Below, piece after piece: positions 11,854 to 24,569 of a stretch of DNA of 64,000 bases. The DNA is taken from NCBI RefSeq assembly GCF_025526975.1, contig NW_026515697.1, positions 62,001 to 126,000 of the forward strand, given 5' to 3'. The stretch's first letter is position 1. The number at the start of each line of letters is the position of its first letter. The DNA comes from Fimicolochytrium jonesii. Taxonomy: Eukaryota. The notes under the pieces are model-generated. The model ran no database searches, had not been told where the DNA came from, and saw only the letters and a list, made by a program, of their open reading frames with translations. The position numbers were made by a program, and so were the translations under genes.

Positions 11854-12429
11854 CAGGAAATGTCCCTGTTGAAAGTGCGTATTGCGGTGGCTGGAGTGTA
11901 CAGCGGCTTGCCCGAACGATATGGGTTGCTGAGTGAGGTACTGGAGGAGTTCGAATTCGAAGGACGTCCGAGAGCGGAGGTTGGTTCGGACATGATTGCG
12001 CGCGTTCGGACAGAATTCGTGGGCGGTGTCATTCAACGCGTCCTTCGTCCTCTTCGCACACTCGATTTTCGCAATCCATGCCATCTGCCAAAACACACTC
12101 GCTTCAATGGCATATGTACAACAAAAGAAACTACAGTAGCAAAGCGGAGGATAGCTGAATTGCATAATGAGGGAGAAAGATGGGGAAGGTGAAGTAACCG
12201 AGAGATGGACAAAGGGGGGGAAACTAGGCAAAACTCCGCACAACTAAATCAAAACGATCAAAAAAAGAAAAAAACGAGACAAAATTTCGGCATATGCCAG
12301 AGACGGCCCCCCGAAAACAAATACGCGCGGAGCGGGCGTTGGGGGATCAATTTCAAGAGAGTAGGAAACCGTTGCAAAACTTTCTACCTGATTAAATGAC
12401 GTTATCCCTAGACACCGGGACGGACAATT

Positions 12430-14960
12430 TCAACCCCATATGCGAATCGTATGATCGTCCGATGCCGAGGCAAACATGTTGCGCTTGGGGTTCCAGCATA
12501 CCGCGTTGACGCAGCCTGGTTGAAAGCGGGATGAGCATGGCGGACAGCGGGTTTAGGTTGAGATGAGGATGGGACGACGTACCTGTGTGCCCGGTGAGCT
12601 CTTCGATTAGGACACCTTTATCTCTATGCCATACGTATATCTTGCAATCTTCGGGTACATAAGGGTTAGTGTGAGTCTACCGTATGCATTCGACAGTACT
12701 TAACGCTGTACCTTCGCTCCCACTTAGAATGAAGTTGTCGTGCAGACCACCAAGGCATGATCTGATGACGAACCGGCCTTGCTTATTCCCGACGTATTTG
12801 CGTACGAGGCGCTTTTGACGGAGATCCCACAGATGGACTTCCTGTTGACGAAAGAACCTGGGGTGAGCCCAACTATGGTACGTCACACGCATAGAGTGGA
12901 AGTCAACTTGCCTCGTTCGACAGATTAACCAACACGTGATGCCCATCTTCCGCGATCGCAACCGACGTGATGCAATCGCTTTCCGTTATCAACCTGTAAA
13001 CCCGCAGTTAGCACCCGGCGGTTCGACGGGCCGGCGAATGCCTGAAACCTACCCCGTCTCAGCCTTATCCTCCAAAGTATACATCCTCAAATGCTTCTCA
13101 TACACAGCAAGCATTACGGCCCCATCCCTGCTGACCGTAAGATCCATGACCCGTATCCCCGCCCATTTGTGGAGTATATCGCCCTCGATGTTCCATAGAT
13201 ATATGTTCTTATCTACACTGGCGGAGACGAAGCGTTGGCCGTCTGGCAGCCATGCGCATGCGGTGACGCCGTCGGTGTGGCGCGAGTATTCGATTGGGCA
13301 TTCGCCGGTCTGGGGTTTGACAGGTGCGAGTGAGTGGGGGATGAGAGGGTGGAATCAGCTGGTTCCTACGCACCGTGACATTCCATAGACGCAGATAAGT
13401 ATCACTTGATGCAGTTAGTAGCTTTGTGTCGTCGGGGCTCCATGCGAGATAGGTCACGGCTTTCGTATGGCCGCAGAGCGTATGCATTAGTGACCATTCC
13501 TATGAAAATTCGGTGCGGTTAGCACGCAAATAACGAAGTGCATGAACCAGATGATATTAGCACCTGCAAGCTCCATATCGCCACCCTTGTATCCCTCGAC
13601 GCCGACGCCAAATAGTTTCCATTATGCGAAAAGGCGATAAACCACACCTCGTCGGTATGCTCATCAAAAATATGCGTTGTGTTACACGGGAAGCGTTGCC
13701 TTGAAATGACCGATGGGGTTGGGTAATCTCAGAGAATGTCACAATTGTTGACATGGCCCTTGGGTCTCATCTCGGCGTACCTGCTGCAGCAATGATCGAC
13801 GTAGAGCGTGGTATCGTCCTCGTCGACGTTGTGATAGAGACAATTCATTTTCTGCAGCTGGACGGCCTGGTCGAGGAGAACGTCTAGGCGGTGAGGTGGT
13901 ATCATTGTTGCCGATGGCATATATGCTATACGGACGTAAGCGGTTAGACGAAAAAAATCGATTTGCAGCACGAATGGGCCTTGTGTCACTTTACCTTGCA
14001 GTGTATTTAAAAGCGACGCTCTCGAGAGACCCTCTGCTCCGTCCCATTGCGCTCGCACTCTGAGCGATTCTGCGTTCGGACACATTATGAAACTAAAGAA
14101 TGGTCAAAGCTCCGGACTTCCTATTCCATGCTCCGCCATCGCCGACGTACCTCGACAGCTCATGCACTCGCTCCGTATTTAAATTGAGAGGCCCTAATTC
14201 GTGCCGTAAAACATGCAGCGCTTTCGCCATATCTTGTTTCTCAACGAGTTCCAGGTATTTTTGCTCTCGAATTAAGAACTTTACGGTCTGGAACAAGCCA
14301 TATGAGATCGCTGATTGATGGCGGACGACATGATGCCCCGTCTCACCTCGATATCCCGATTCCTGATCTCCAGCGATGATAACAGCCTCTCGACCGTCTC
14401 CCAGTCGCCATAAAGGACTCCGTGGCGGAAATCCGTAACAGTTGGAGTTTCCAGACTGCGACCAGACTCTTTCTGAAGCGTTTTGGCGGACTCACTTTTG
14501 ATCATCGTTTTGCGTGTTAGCTTGTGGGGCCTGATCTCCGTTTTGATGCGCCGCGGTCCTTACCTCAAGCCCATATCTTGCAGTGACTGAACCATCAACC
14601 GCACCAGCTCCTCCTGCCTAGGAGTCTTCAACTGCACCGTATGATTCTCATGTCCATTCTGCGACCCCATATTGTGGCCATTCGAGGCAGACCCTCCAGC
14701 CACCGAGTCCGATTTGAGTATCTTCATATCCGTTTCGTCTTCCTGAACAGGTTCCGGGGAAGAGGAGGACTGCCCGCCCAGAGCGGAACCACCTCCTTTG
14801 TGTCGCTTAGCCCTCGCGCCGTTGTCCTCGTCGTTCTTCACGTCGTGGGTCCGTGTGCGCTTGTGGCCGGCAGGGGCTTCGGAAGCCAGCTTTAGCGGCG
14901 GAACCCCTGTTTGACAGGCCGGGGACGGGCCGAAATTGGAGCGAGGACTCTGCGGTGTTG
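12430..14960 (-). CDS. WDR26/GID7-like LisH-CTLH WD40 protein, many exons (5' end not resolved)
   Basis: EELVRLMVQSLQDMG (LisH), KFLIREQKYLEL (CTLH), MIPPHRLDVLLDQA, WD40s (GHTKAVTYLAWSPDD; GNKQGRFVIRSCLGG; FASASDDHTIRIWG*). Confidence 0.88.
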
Positions 14961-17220
14961 TTCAAGGAGACGACGCAAAGAGGGAGTGGCTGGGTTCCCC
15001 GTTGTGTTGGTTCCCTGTGGCTTCGGGTTTGTTGGACGACTCTTTGCCCAGCCCGTTGGAAAGTCCTGGGCGGTGCTGAGAAATGCGGGTGATAGGCGGA
15101 CGTAAGGTCGGGAAATCTGGACCAGATGCCTCAAGCGCTCCGCAGTTCAGTATGTTTCAAGGACAGACGGCCTTGTGGTTGTATGCCGACCTCGCCAAAG
15201 GAAGCTTTGCGTTTCAGCAGGCGGTGAATCTTGGTGCGATCGGGGCAGTGGGGAAGTGGGTTGAAAGGGTCGCCCAAAGCGTTGCGAATCCTTCCTTGAA
15301 AGGGAGCGCCTTTCGCGATGACACACCAGCGGAGACCCTCCCGTGACTCACCCTCACCCGACCGCTCACGATTATCCCTTGAGCAGGGCATCCCCCCATC
15401 GGCTGCTGCCCACTACCCACACATGTAAAATCACCGAAGGACTGTACGACTACCTCCCTTGGTTTTACGAAGAGCTTTGTATGTAAAGTTCGGAAGATGA
15501 AACCGCTCTGCCGCTGCGACAGGAAATCAGATCGCGTCCAAAATCCGTGCTATGATACGGGAAGCTCCAGTCAGCACAGCGCCGCCACTTGCTTAAGCCG
15601 GCGACATCTTGGCTTTTCATACATCAGAGGATTCCCTTTGCGTTCCTTGACACTACAGCACATAGAAAGATGACAGGCTGCCCATTCATACTCCATACAT
15701 ACTGCAGGCCTCGAAACGTCCAGTCTTCTGTCCGTCCAGATCTCCAACTGCTTCCCTTGCCTACTATGAAACCTCCGTAATGGGAAATCACTTCGCGCCC
15801 TACCTGCACTAAGCATGAGGATGGGGTACAGTTGGCGGAGGATGGAGCGTGAAGTTCCAGTTCTGCGAATGTCTGCTTGTCTTTCGAAGCTATGAAATGT
15901 TTTGTGCATGAACTTCCAGTCTCTTCATACGTTTTGGTGGATCTATGCCTTTACAGCCAGAAGCGGGGCACGCAGCCGGGATTTCTCCCGATGGGTGGTG
16001 CCCACATACTGTACTCAGACCCGAGTTCGTCAGCCAACCGCACTGCACAGCAAGCAGTTGGGCGGTCGCTTGAACATTACCTTCTGTCAGCGAGAAAACG
16101 CGTCCCTGTTCGACGACGCGTTTTGTTATGCGTTTCCAACCCATTCCCCTACTCCCCCGGGCCAATGCCGTCCAGGCCACTTTCCGCCCTCAAGCCTTGC
16201 ATAATGGCCCGCCAACCCTGCTATCCGTGATTCTCAATAAAGAGGACGCCTGATGTCGGATTCTCCTTGGCATTCCATAGTAAACCCTCCGACGAAACGG
16301 CGGAAACTCTCCAGGTTGACTACCACTGATCCCTCTGGCTCACATTCACTCTTGTATGTTTGAGAGCAGGTATTGGACGGCGGAAGGCGGGACGTCTCAG
16401 CAGCGAATCTCAGACACGCTCCCATTGTATCATCCTAGAGAGGATACAAGGGAGGCGGCACCCGCGCTTTGTTTCCACTGGTCAACCTCTACCAAGGTCG
16501 GGTATATGTTGGGCTTCTCCCAGATATCCCAGGAGATGGACAACGTTTACAACAAACAGGTGAGGAGCACCAGTTCAGTCAATTCAGTGCCCGGTCAGGC
16601 GTGTTAGCGACCTGACCTGGTACGACCTACTGATGGGTCGCCGTGGGGTCCCTTTCCTGGAAAACGGCTGGGGCTCTACGGGAAAGGTTGTAGCCGTGCT
16701 GCTCAGAGCGTAGAGAGGTAGCGGCGAGACATTGGCGAAGAGCCGAAAATACCAAGAACACGCCAGGAACAAAAAGCGCCGTGTGTCTGCCTATGTCACA
16801 GTGACATGACATTGCACAGCAATCTCTTTCCTTTGCGTATTTCTGCCGCTGTGAAGGGGGTCGTCGTTCTGGGCTAATTTAAAGTGTCAGGCAAACACCG
16901 CACATCATCCTTTTGCCTGTAGTACCAATGTTCGCCTCATCTCGGTACGTTATGCAAGTGTGTTGTCAATCTTCCGCCCTCCGCCGCCGCTTGCCCCCGT
17001 TCCTCCCGTGAGCATCGAAAGAAGGGAGCGGTCACGTATGATCGTTTGCATTTCGAGTTCAGAAAGCCATTGCTGACGTGCATCGATCCCGCGGCGAATT
17101 TGGAGTACCGAAGTTGAACAGCCAGATTATCTTCCCGGTCGGTTATGTGATGGTCGGTGAGCTAGTCCCTGCCCTTTGAAAGGGTACAAAGCATCCCGCA
17201 CCGAGAATCGGAGAGACACT

Positions 17221-18370
17221 GAAAAAACGCGTTCATAACACGTCCTTACTTTCTCTTACGTCACACCAAGAGCACATCCAGTCACACGCCTATTTATTAT
17301 GTATGTATACGCAGGCCCTATGCAGCCCCACTATTGCCCAGTGCCAGGCCTTCCCGTGAGCCCGTGCGGCTTAATAATGGGGTAGTCGCCCGGACCGCGC
17401 CCTTCCACCAAGGGCCTGTCTATTATCTGCTCGGCATTCCGCTGTTCAGGAGCAGGCGTGTTTAGTCCCGGATGACCAAACTGATAATATGATACTTGGA
17501 CAAAACTTGCTTGGATAGCGTTGATGAAGGACCCTGATTGCTGGGGACGAAGGACTATGCATCATACTCCCTGGCGCCACTGGCCTGACGGGCTATGCGC
17601 TGTTTGAGTTTCGACAAGCCTGCATGCACCGCTTGCAATAAGTTCTACGTCCTGTTCCGTGAACGTGTCCCCGGTCTCCGTTTCTCTGTTACCGCATTCC
17701 CATCTGGGCCCAATTCGGCCATTTTCATCCGGGCCATTTCCAGAAAGCTTTTGTAAAGAAGAGCGGTGCATCATCAGTGATTTGTGGGGGCACCTCTCCA
17801 TTGCCCAGAGGCCCCCTGCCTAGCCCCTCCTGTTCCACGTAAAGATGAAAAACACGTTCCGCGCCATGTTCTCGCTTACGTCACCCACTTTGAAAGTCTC
17901 AAACGGGACCTCGCTTCTTGGTGCCTAGGTAAATGCCACACGTATGAGTAGGTAGGAGGGTGATAGTCTTTATATGCAGGTCACCCACCCAACATGCAAC
18001 TCATCTTACATTCATGGTGCCAGGTTATCCCTCATGTTGTACGAGAAGGCTTGTTGTCCCTGCGGATTGTTCCCACTGCTGCAAAATACAGAAAGCGCGA
18101 GCAAGTCTTCCGGTGGCAGTCGTTGCTCCACCCTGCAAAGGGCCATTGCTGACGTGCGTGGCTCTTCTGAAGCTCGGAAAGTCTGTGCCACGGCCTTTTG
18201 CCGGTGTTGGAAGAGAGGTGCCTTTGGCGGTCCGTCCTTCGGTAGTCATTTGTAGAGGGCATCTCGGCGGTTGCCTTGTGAATGTACATATGTCTGTAAC
18301 CGTTGAAGTTGGAAAAAAAACCGAAAAACGCGTCCATAACGCGTCATGTTTTCGCTTACGTCACCCACAT
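17221..18370 (+). promoter_or_regulatory. Three copies of a ~45-nt module: GAAAAAC(G/A)CGT...CTTACGTCAC
   Basis: Copies at 17221-17266, 17847-17890 and 18323-18370; copies 2 and 3 share CATGTT.TCGCTTACGTCACCCAC. The regulatory role is inferred. Confidence 0.55.
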
Positions 18371-20889
18371 TTGCTATGAGGGATCCAAACAAGGGAGAGA
18401 TGACTGCCTGTTCTGAGTCTTACGAACTTATGGCAGTACGTACGCACGTACGCATGAGTGTTATCCCGGGCCAGGCCCTGGGCAAACAGAGCTGTATAAT
18501 GAACTGTGCGGAAAAATCTCGCACACCGCCGAGAACCGGTGTGCATTAGCCACGAGTTGTCGCACCCATGTTCTTTCGCTCGGCACGGTTTGCATGGTCA
18601 AGCGCACGAACCGACTCGCATCAACAATGCTTTCCTGATTCGTGATCAGGGGGGAAGCGATATTATTCAAGGGTCCAGCGGGCTAGACGGAAAGGACGCA
18701 ATTGCTGGACCTGAGGAGGTACTCCTTGGCCTTGAAATTGAGGGGAAAGGAGAAGTGCGTCGTAGCTTTCATTTTTGTTTCTCTACTTGAAACGCTCTTT
18801 GGAAGCCCGAGGCCCAGGTGGCGTGTGTTCGGCGCTTACGAGTTCGAGTTTTTCCCGAACGGACCTGCTCGAACTTCGAAAGGAGTGCACTTTGGCCCCG
18901 GCCGGGACATACCGAGAACCCTTTATCACACGCCGAAACCGAGCTCCTGCCAGTCCACAAAACGAGGACCTCTCTGCCCAGTCCCGCACTGCTGTTTACA
19001 GATGTAAGTCATCTCGAGAACCCCATCTCGCGGTAGATGTAAGTGGAAGTCATGATGATAACTTGGATAGGTAGCCAGATTCGGGCCTCGTTCACTTGCA
19101 GCGTCTCTTAACCGCTTACGACAAACTCTTTTCCTGTTCACAGCGCTGAGATGTGCAGTCCCCGGGACGGACGAGGCCTTGCGCCATCGAATTGCGGATC
19201 TTGGAATCTCCGTGCGTGCGCCGTGCAGTAGCGGTCACGGGGACCTACCAATCCCGATTGTTTTGTTGGGGGGCAGCCTATCATCGTTGGAAAGTGCAGC
19301 CAAAAAAAAGGTAGGGCGGGGGAGGGAAAGGCTTCCACCCCGCAAGAAAGGCGCTGCCGCGATAAGCGGAAGTGAGATAACCCTTATACGCGTCGGGCAT
19401 TGTGACAATCGGCAATATCATCGAAAGTCGAAAATGTGCGGTAGGCCCTGTCCTGGTACCCGAGACGAGGAGGGTCAACGCGCACTTACATCCAAGGGCA
19501 ATCCAAGTCCCTCATACTTGCCACGATGCTTGCATCTTGGCTGACCCCGAGGCAAGTATTTATCTTGCTGACTGGCAAGTAGGAGGGGTTGGAAGCCAGG
19601 AAGCGGTCTTCTGTAGCGGAAGAGGAAGCGGCCCGCGGCGGCTTGCCGCAGAGACGCCAAGGGACAACGCCAAGAGTCAGCCATAGCTTGTCCCAAAGGG
19701 CGTAGGGTGTTTGTGGAATAAGCAAACGCAGAAACGGGTTGCGCTTTGGAAAGTTCTCCATGCTCGGGTCCACCGCCACCCCTATACCGGCTGTGTGTGA
19801 AGGGCAGATCGAGGCGCCGAGTTTCCTTCCGAGCTCAAAGCGGCCGCGCGCTGAACAAGCCTCGAGTTTCAGAGAAAAGTCAGATCACGTGACCTTCAGC
19901 CACCCGTTTTTGCTGGCTGGCCAATGGGAGGCTTGGAAGAAATGATAATTTTGTGCCGTTGGTGGACACTGGATGGGATGGAAGATGCTCATGATTGTCG
20001 GTTGGCCATCGCATTTAATTTCCTTCCCAATTAAATAAAGTTGCCCGAACGGGATGGTGGGCTTATTTCGGTCGACATAGTGAGAGGCTTGAGATGACTT
20101 GATACGTACGTACGTAGTATGAAGCTGAGATCTGAAGATATGATGCAAATAAGGATGATCATGATGGTTAAGTGATTTAAATCGCAAGCGGACATCCCAA
20201 ACGGCAAAACCGGCAAGAAAGCAGCAAGAAGATGAAGCAAATTTTCGCCCTCTCTCCCTCCTTTCTCTGCCTCGCTCTGTCTCCTCCTTGCACAGGCCGC
20301 AACGCCGGTCGTCACTGCCCAATTATCCATGAGTTGATGATAACTTGCTTGATACTATGGCGGTAATCATAAGCCACTTATCAGGGAGTATCAGTTCCAT
20401 CAGAGTATTATCACGATCACTTCCAAGCGACAGAGAGGGAACAAAAGAGCCCTCTGCTTCTCGTCCGCCGCTTTTGGCTCTCCACCCAATCCAGCCACCA
20501 CCCGACCTACCTACCTTCTCGATACCAATCCTCTAGACACCGACGACGAACCAAGGCCCTCTAGGTAAGCAGAGTGAAAGACAACAGGCGGCGACGGACG
20601 AAAGCTGTGGTGAAGCGTTGCTTCGTGGGAATCGATAAGCGAAACGCACAACGGCGGAAATCCCATGGGAAAAACCATCCCTCGACGACGCTTCTTACCC
20701 GCCTGCCGCAATGAACAGCTGAAGGGCGTTCGGGATGCGCATCTCGAAGTTTCTCTTGAAATTCCCAGAGCAGAAAACAAAGTTGCTGACGGTTCCCTTC
20801 TTTCGTTCCCCCACAGTCGTAACTTTCTTGCCCTCAAGTGCCTTCTTCCACCCGTCGCTTGGACTTCACCACATAACACCGACTTCAAT

Positions 20890-21522
20890 ATGAGCCACCA
20901 ATCCCGCCGTAGCATGTGCAGCTTCCTCTTCTGGATGAAGACAACGCTTGCCCTTCTTATCGCACTCGGTGCGATGGCGGCAATGTCCCTGATGGTCTAC
21001 AAGAAGCACAATGACGCTGTGAACGCCGGGCCAGCCAAGAAGATCAACGTCCCTCAAGTGGCAACAACGGACCCCACGCTTGCCGGCCCTACTCAGGTCC
21101 CTGTCGCCGTGCCCGCGCCCTTACCCGTTGCTCCACCCCCCGCAATAACACCGGCTCCCGCGGCCCCCGTCGTTGCTCCCCCTGCTCAGGTGACACCTCC
21201 GGTCGCGGGCCCAGCTGTTCCAGCGGAAACTCCTCTTCCCACACCACCAGTTGACACCCCTGCCGGTCCCGCCGACCCCCCCGTTAACCCGGACATCCCT
21301 CCACTCAACCCCGTCGACCCCCCAGCAGCTCCCGCTCCCGCTGCTCCCGCCGCCGGAGGGGTCGTTGGAGCCGCTATCGTCCCAAGCCCCACAGCAGGGT
21401 TTGCCGCAGGATTCGCCCGCCGATCACAACAGGCACCTCAAGCCGGCTCCATCCGAGTAGGCCTCGGCTCGATCCACTTCGCCAACGCTCTCGGACCCAA
21501 CATCCAGGTCGTCAAGGTATAA
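20890..21522 (+). CDS. Orphan proline/alanine-rich single-pass membrane (or signal-anchored) protein, intronless
   Basis: ATG 20890; hydrophobic TLALLIALGAMAAMSLMVY followed by a long P/A/V-rich tract; coding-like codon usage; followed by a U-rich UTR-like segment. Confidence 0.7.
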   Translation: MSHQSRRSMCSFLFWMKTTLALLIALGAMAAMSLMVYKKHNDAVNAGPAKKINVPQVATTDPTLAGPTQVPVAVPAPLPVAPPPAITPAPAAPVVAPPAQVTPPVAGPAVPAETPLPTPPVDTPAGPADPPVNPDIPPLNPVDPPAAPAPAAPAAGGVVGAAIVPSPTAGFAAGFARRSQQAPQAGSIRVGLGSIHFANALGPNIQVVKV

Positions 21523-24500
21523 AAACAGCGAGCACCACCACCACCACCCACTGTCGCAACCTTTCGACAGCCATTATCGCTCGGTTCGCACTACCACAAC
21601 CCTTTTATACATTATATACATAGACTTCGGCGGGTAACATCACAGGCATATACATCCTACAAAAAAGACGGCGTAGTATTCGTATACATATCCCCAACGG
21701 TCCCTTTTGCACAAAGACATCGTACCTTCCCGCCATTAATGCCCTCCCTCTCCCACCCGTTTCGCTCGACTTCCGGCGTTTTTTCATTTATAGACGTTAG
21801 TGATGTAGATACTGAACTTTTCTTTCCTTTTCGTTTCCTTCAACGTCTGTGCTGTTTGTTATCGTAGTGTTTGGAATGAAAGTGATATCCCTACTCTGTT
21901 TACCTTCGGCTCGATGACAACGCAATGGAGAGTCCACATGCAAGTGTCAGCTCATGTTTACTGATGTTTCTGGAGGGGAGTCCTTAGGCTTTGGGAAAAA
22001 GCCCCGCCCTACCCCTTGAGGGACGCACTACGTACCGGTTGGGCAACCAGCCGAACATCATCCCATTGCAAGCCACCTCGCCTTAGCCGACCACGCCTTG
22101 AACAGAATCCGGATTTCATCTGACGCTCCTCGGATCCTCCACAGGATGCATAAATCGAATATATACGCCAGTCAGACAATCTCCAGCCCCCCATGGGCAG
22201 AAGCCATGATATCGAAAAGGTGACGTTATGACGTTATTCGTGAATATTCCTGATCGATTCCGCTTCGGACTGGCGTGAGGAAGGGGTGGTCACGCTCTTT
22301 CATTGGGCAGGTGGACAACCCCTGCGCTCACGGACTTGGGGCATGGGAAGCGAAGACGAGGGTTCTGTCCGTCTTGACATAGACGCCGGCAGTGGAGGCT
22401 ATTAGTGACTTACCGGGCCCTGTCGGCATTTGTCGGAGTTGGCAAATAGGTGGACATCCATGAGACGCTCAACGCGTCCCTTATATCAGCCGACTGACGC
22501 AGAAGGCCCACTTGGATCCCCATTGCGGGCTCGCGACGTCTCTTACCTTCTGGCAAGCGGATTCGGCACGATGCGCGCGTGCATGAGTTACCTGTGGGAA
22601 GAAAACGAAGCGGGGAGTGAGCGAGGGTCGAGGATGTTGGGAACGGGCAATTACAGAGAGGGTTCTTATTCGCGCTCGGTGGGATTGAAAACGAACTTTG
22701 CTTACGCGTTGAGCGAAAACAGACCCCTCTGGCTCCGCTTCCTCGATGCAATTTGCTGGCTTGCTTTAGTACCCTTGACGCTGCGTAGGGGCTCATACCC
22801 CAGCTGCGACGCTCAAAAGTCATGCGCGGGCACGGAGGAAACGTTTCGAGACCGCGGAGGGCGCTTACCCAGTTGCACGCGTTTTCCGAGGGTCAGTATT
22901 CCGACAGGTGAGCGACGAATGTTTCATCAGGGTGTGGCATAATGGGGTCCTCACCAACTCTTTCACAGTCTACAGCGTCCCCATTTAGGACTCGGCGTGT
23001 TCTCAATGCAGCAGCGGCACCGATCTTTGCGCGCATAAGCTTCGCTTCTTATCGTGCGGGTATCCTTGGGGTCTTGAGGCGTTGCGTGTACTAGCCCGCT
23101 TTTATTAACCTGATCTTTTTGTTGAGAAATCTCCGCTTCGGTTAGGTCGAGACCGTCTTTTTGACGTGCTAAGTAACGTTTCAGCTCGTTGTTCACGCAT
23201 TGTGTACGCTTACACCGTTTCTCGATTAGAGGCTTCGCCTTGTCGGAACCACAAGATTTCTCAAGCATGTTCGTCCGAGATGGAGAGGTTGGGATGCTAG
23301 TTGGGAGTTTAGACCACTGAGAGGTTGCAACTCCAACGCGTTTTCCTCGGCTGCAATGCGTTATCACTGGAGACGTCCCCTCATCCCGCTTGAACACGTC
23401 AACAACCGCAAGAACGCAAGCATCGATGATTCAGACAAGTGTGAAGCGTTGAGGCCAATGATGTTGCTGGAATGAAAGACGCAGTGTTTGGCCCGGTCTG
23501 AGCCCTTTTTCTGTTTTGAGACAGCACGGGTCTTGCCTTGGTATCAAGAAAGAAAGACTACCAACAGCAAGGTCTGGAAGTCGATTCTGGATGGTAATGC
23601 AACAGGTACATATATATATAGGGGGCTGGGACGTTATGTGCAGTTGGCAGTTGAAGCAAACGCGTTTTCCGCCCGCCTGCCGACGCGTTTTCTTCATTTA
23701 CTGTATGTACATACCAAAGGAGACGCATTTCTGATTACGTCGATTTTTTTCAAACTCTTCAAGTGGTTGCGCCCTCATCCGATCTCGACCGCCCTCTCAC
23801 CCCTACTATTCCTCAACCAGGTACACTGGGCAGAGACGAGACGCAGGAAACCTGGTCTTACCTCTATAGCTCTATATGTAAGCGCCACGCAAAAGTGACG
23901 CACGCCCTGCTCGGGCCTGACACGATCTCAGGGTGTTTGACGCAATATATCAAGCGCTCTTGGGACATGTCCCTATATATGTACATAGTAGGTACATACA
24001 CTAGTGAAACTTTCGATCATGGCCCGTGTCGGGCATAGGTGGTTCATAACTTCACGGGCCCCTTTTTCGTCCTTGGTCTTGTAGGCGCAATGTTGGGTTC
24101 AATGGCGATGGGAGCATTTTGATGCTAGAAATGCTCACCGCTGACATGTACGGGATAGATATGTTCCCCGGGCGCTCCGGGACAAGGGGCGGGAGGCCAA
24201 GGCTCGTTGGCAATCCGGTCGCAGTCTCCTTGCATGTGCAGTCGAATCGGCTCAGGAGGGCGGGCAGTAGGGGCCGCCTGCATAGTATCATGAGCCTGGA
24301 GGAGACCCCTGTTTAAAAGATGCACGTGTCTGTCTGCTGCGCGCGTCGGTGCAGAGAGCGCGACGTCACCCAGTCCTTTCCAGAGTCCTTTCGCAGCTCC
24401 CCCCTGTTCCGCCCGCTTCGCAGTCCGCGCAGAACAACATCCTCCCAGGCGCTTCTCTCAGTTGCCCTCGGCTCGTCTTCAATAATAATATCACGGCGGA

Positions 24501-24569
24501 AGCAGCAACAACCCCTTCACACACCTCACAAGTTATCCTCTTCCAAAACCCTGAACCTCATCCCCCAAG

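Noticed and set aside
17221..18370. Repeat-spacer pattern as a CRISPR-like array
   Set aside because: The repeats are degenerate, the spacers are ~500 bp, there are no cas genes and the context is eukaryotic.
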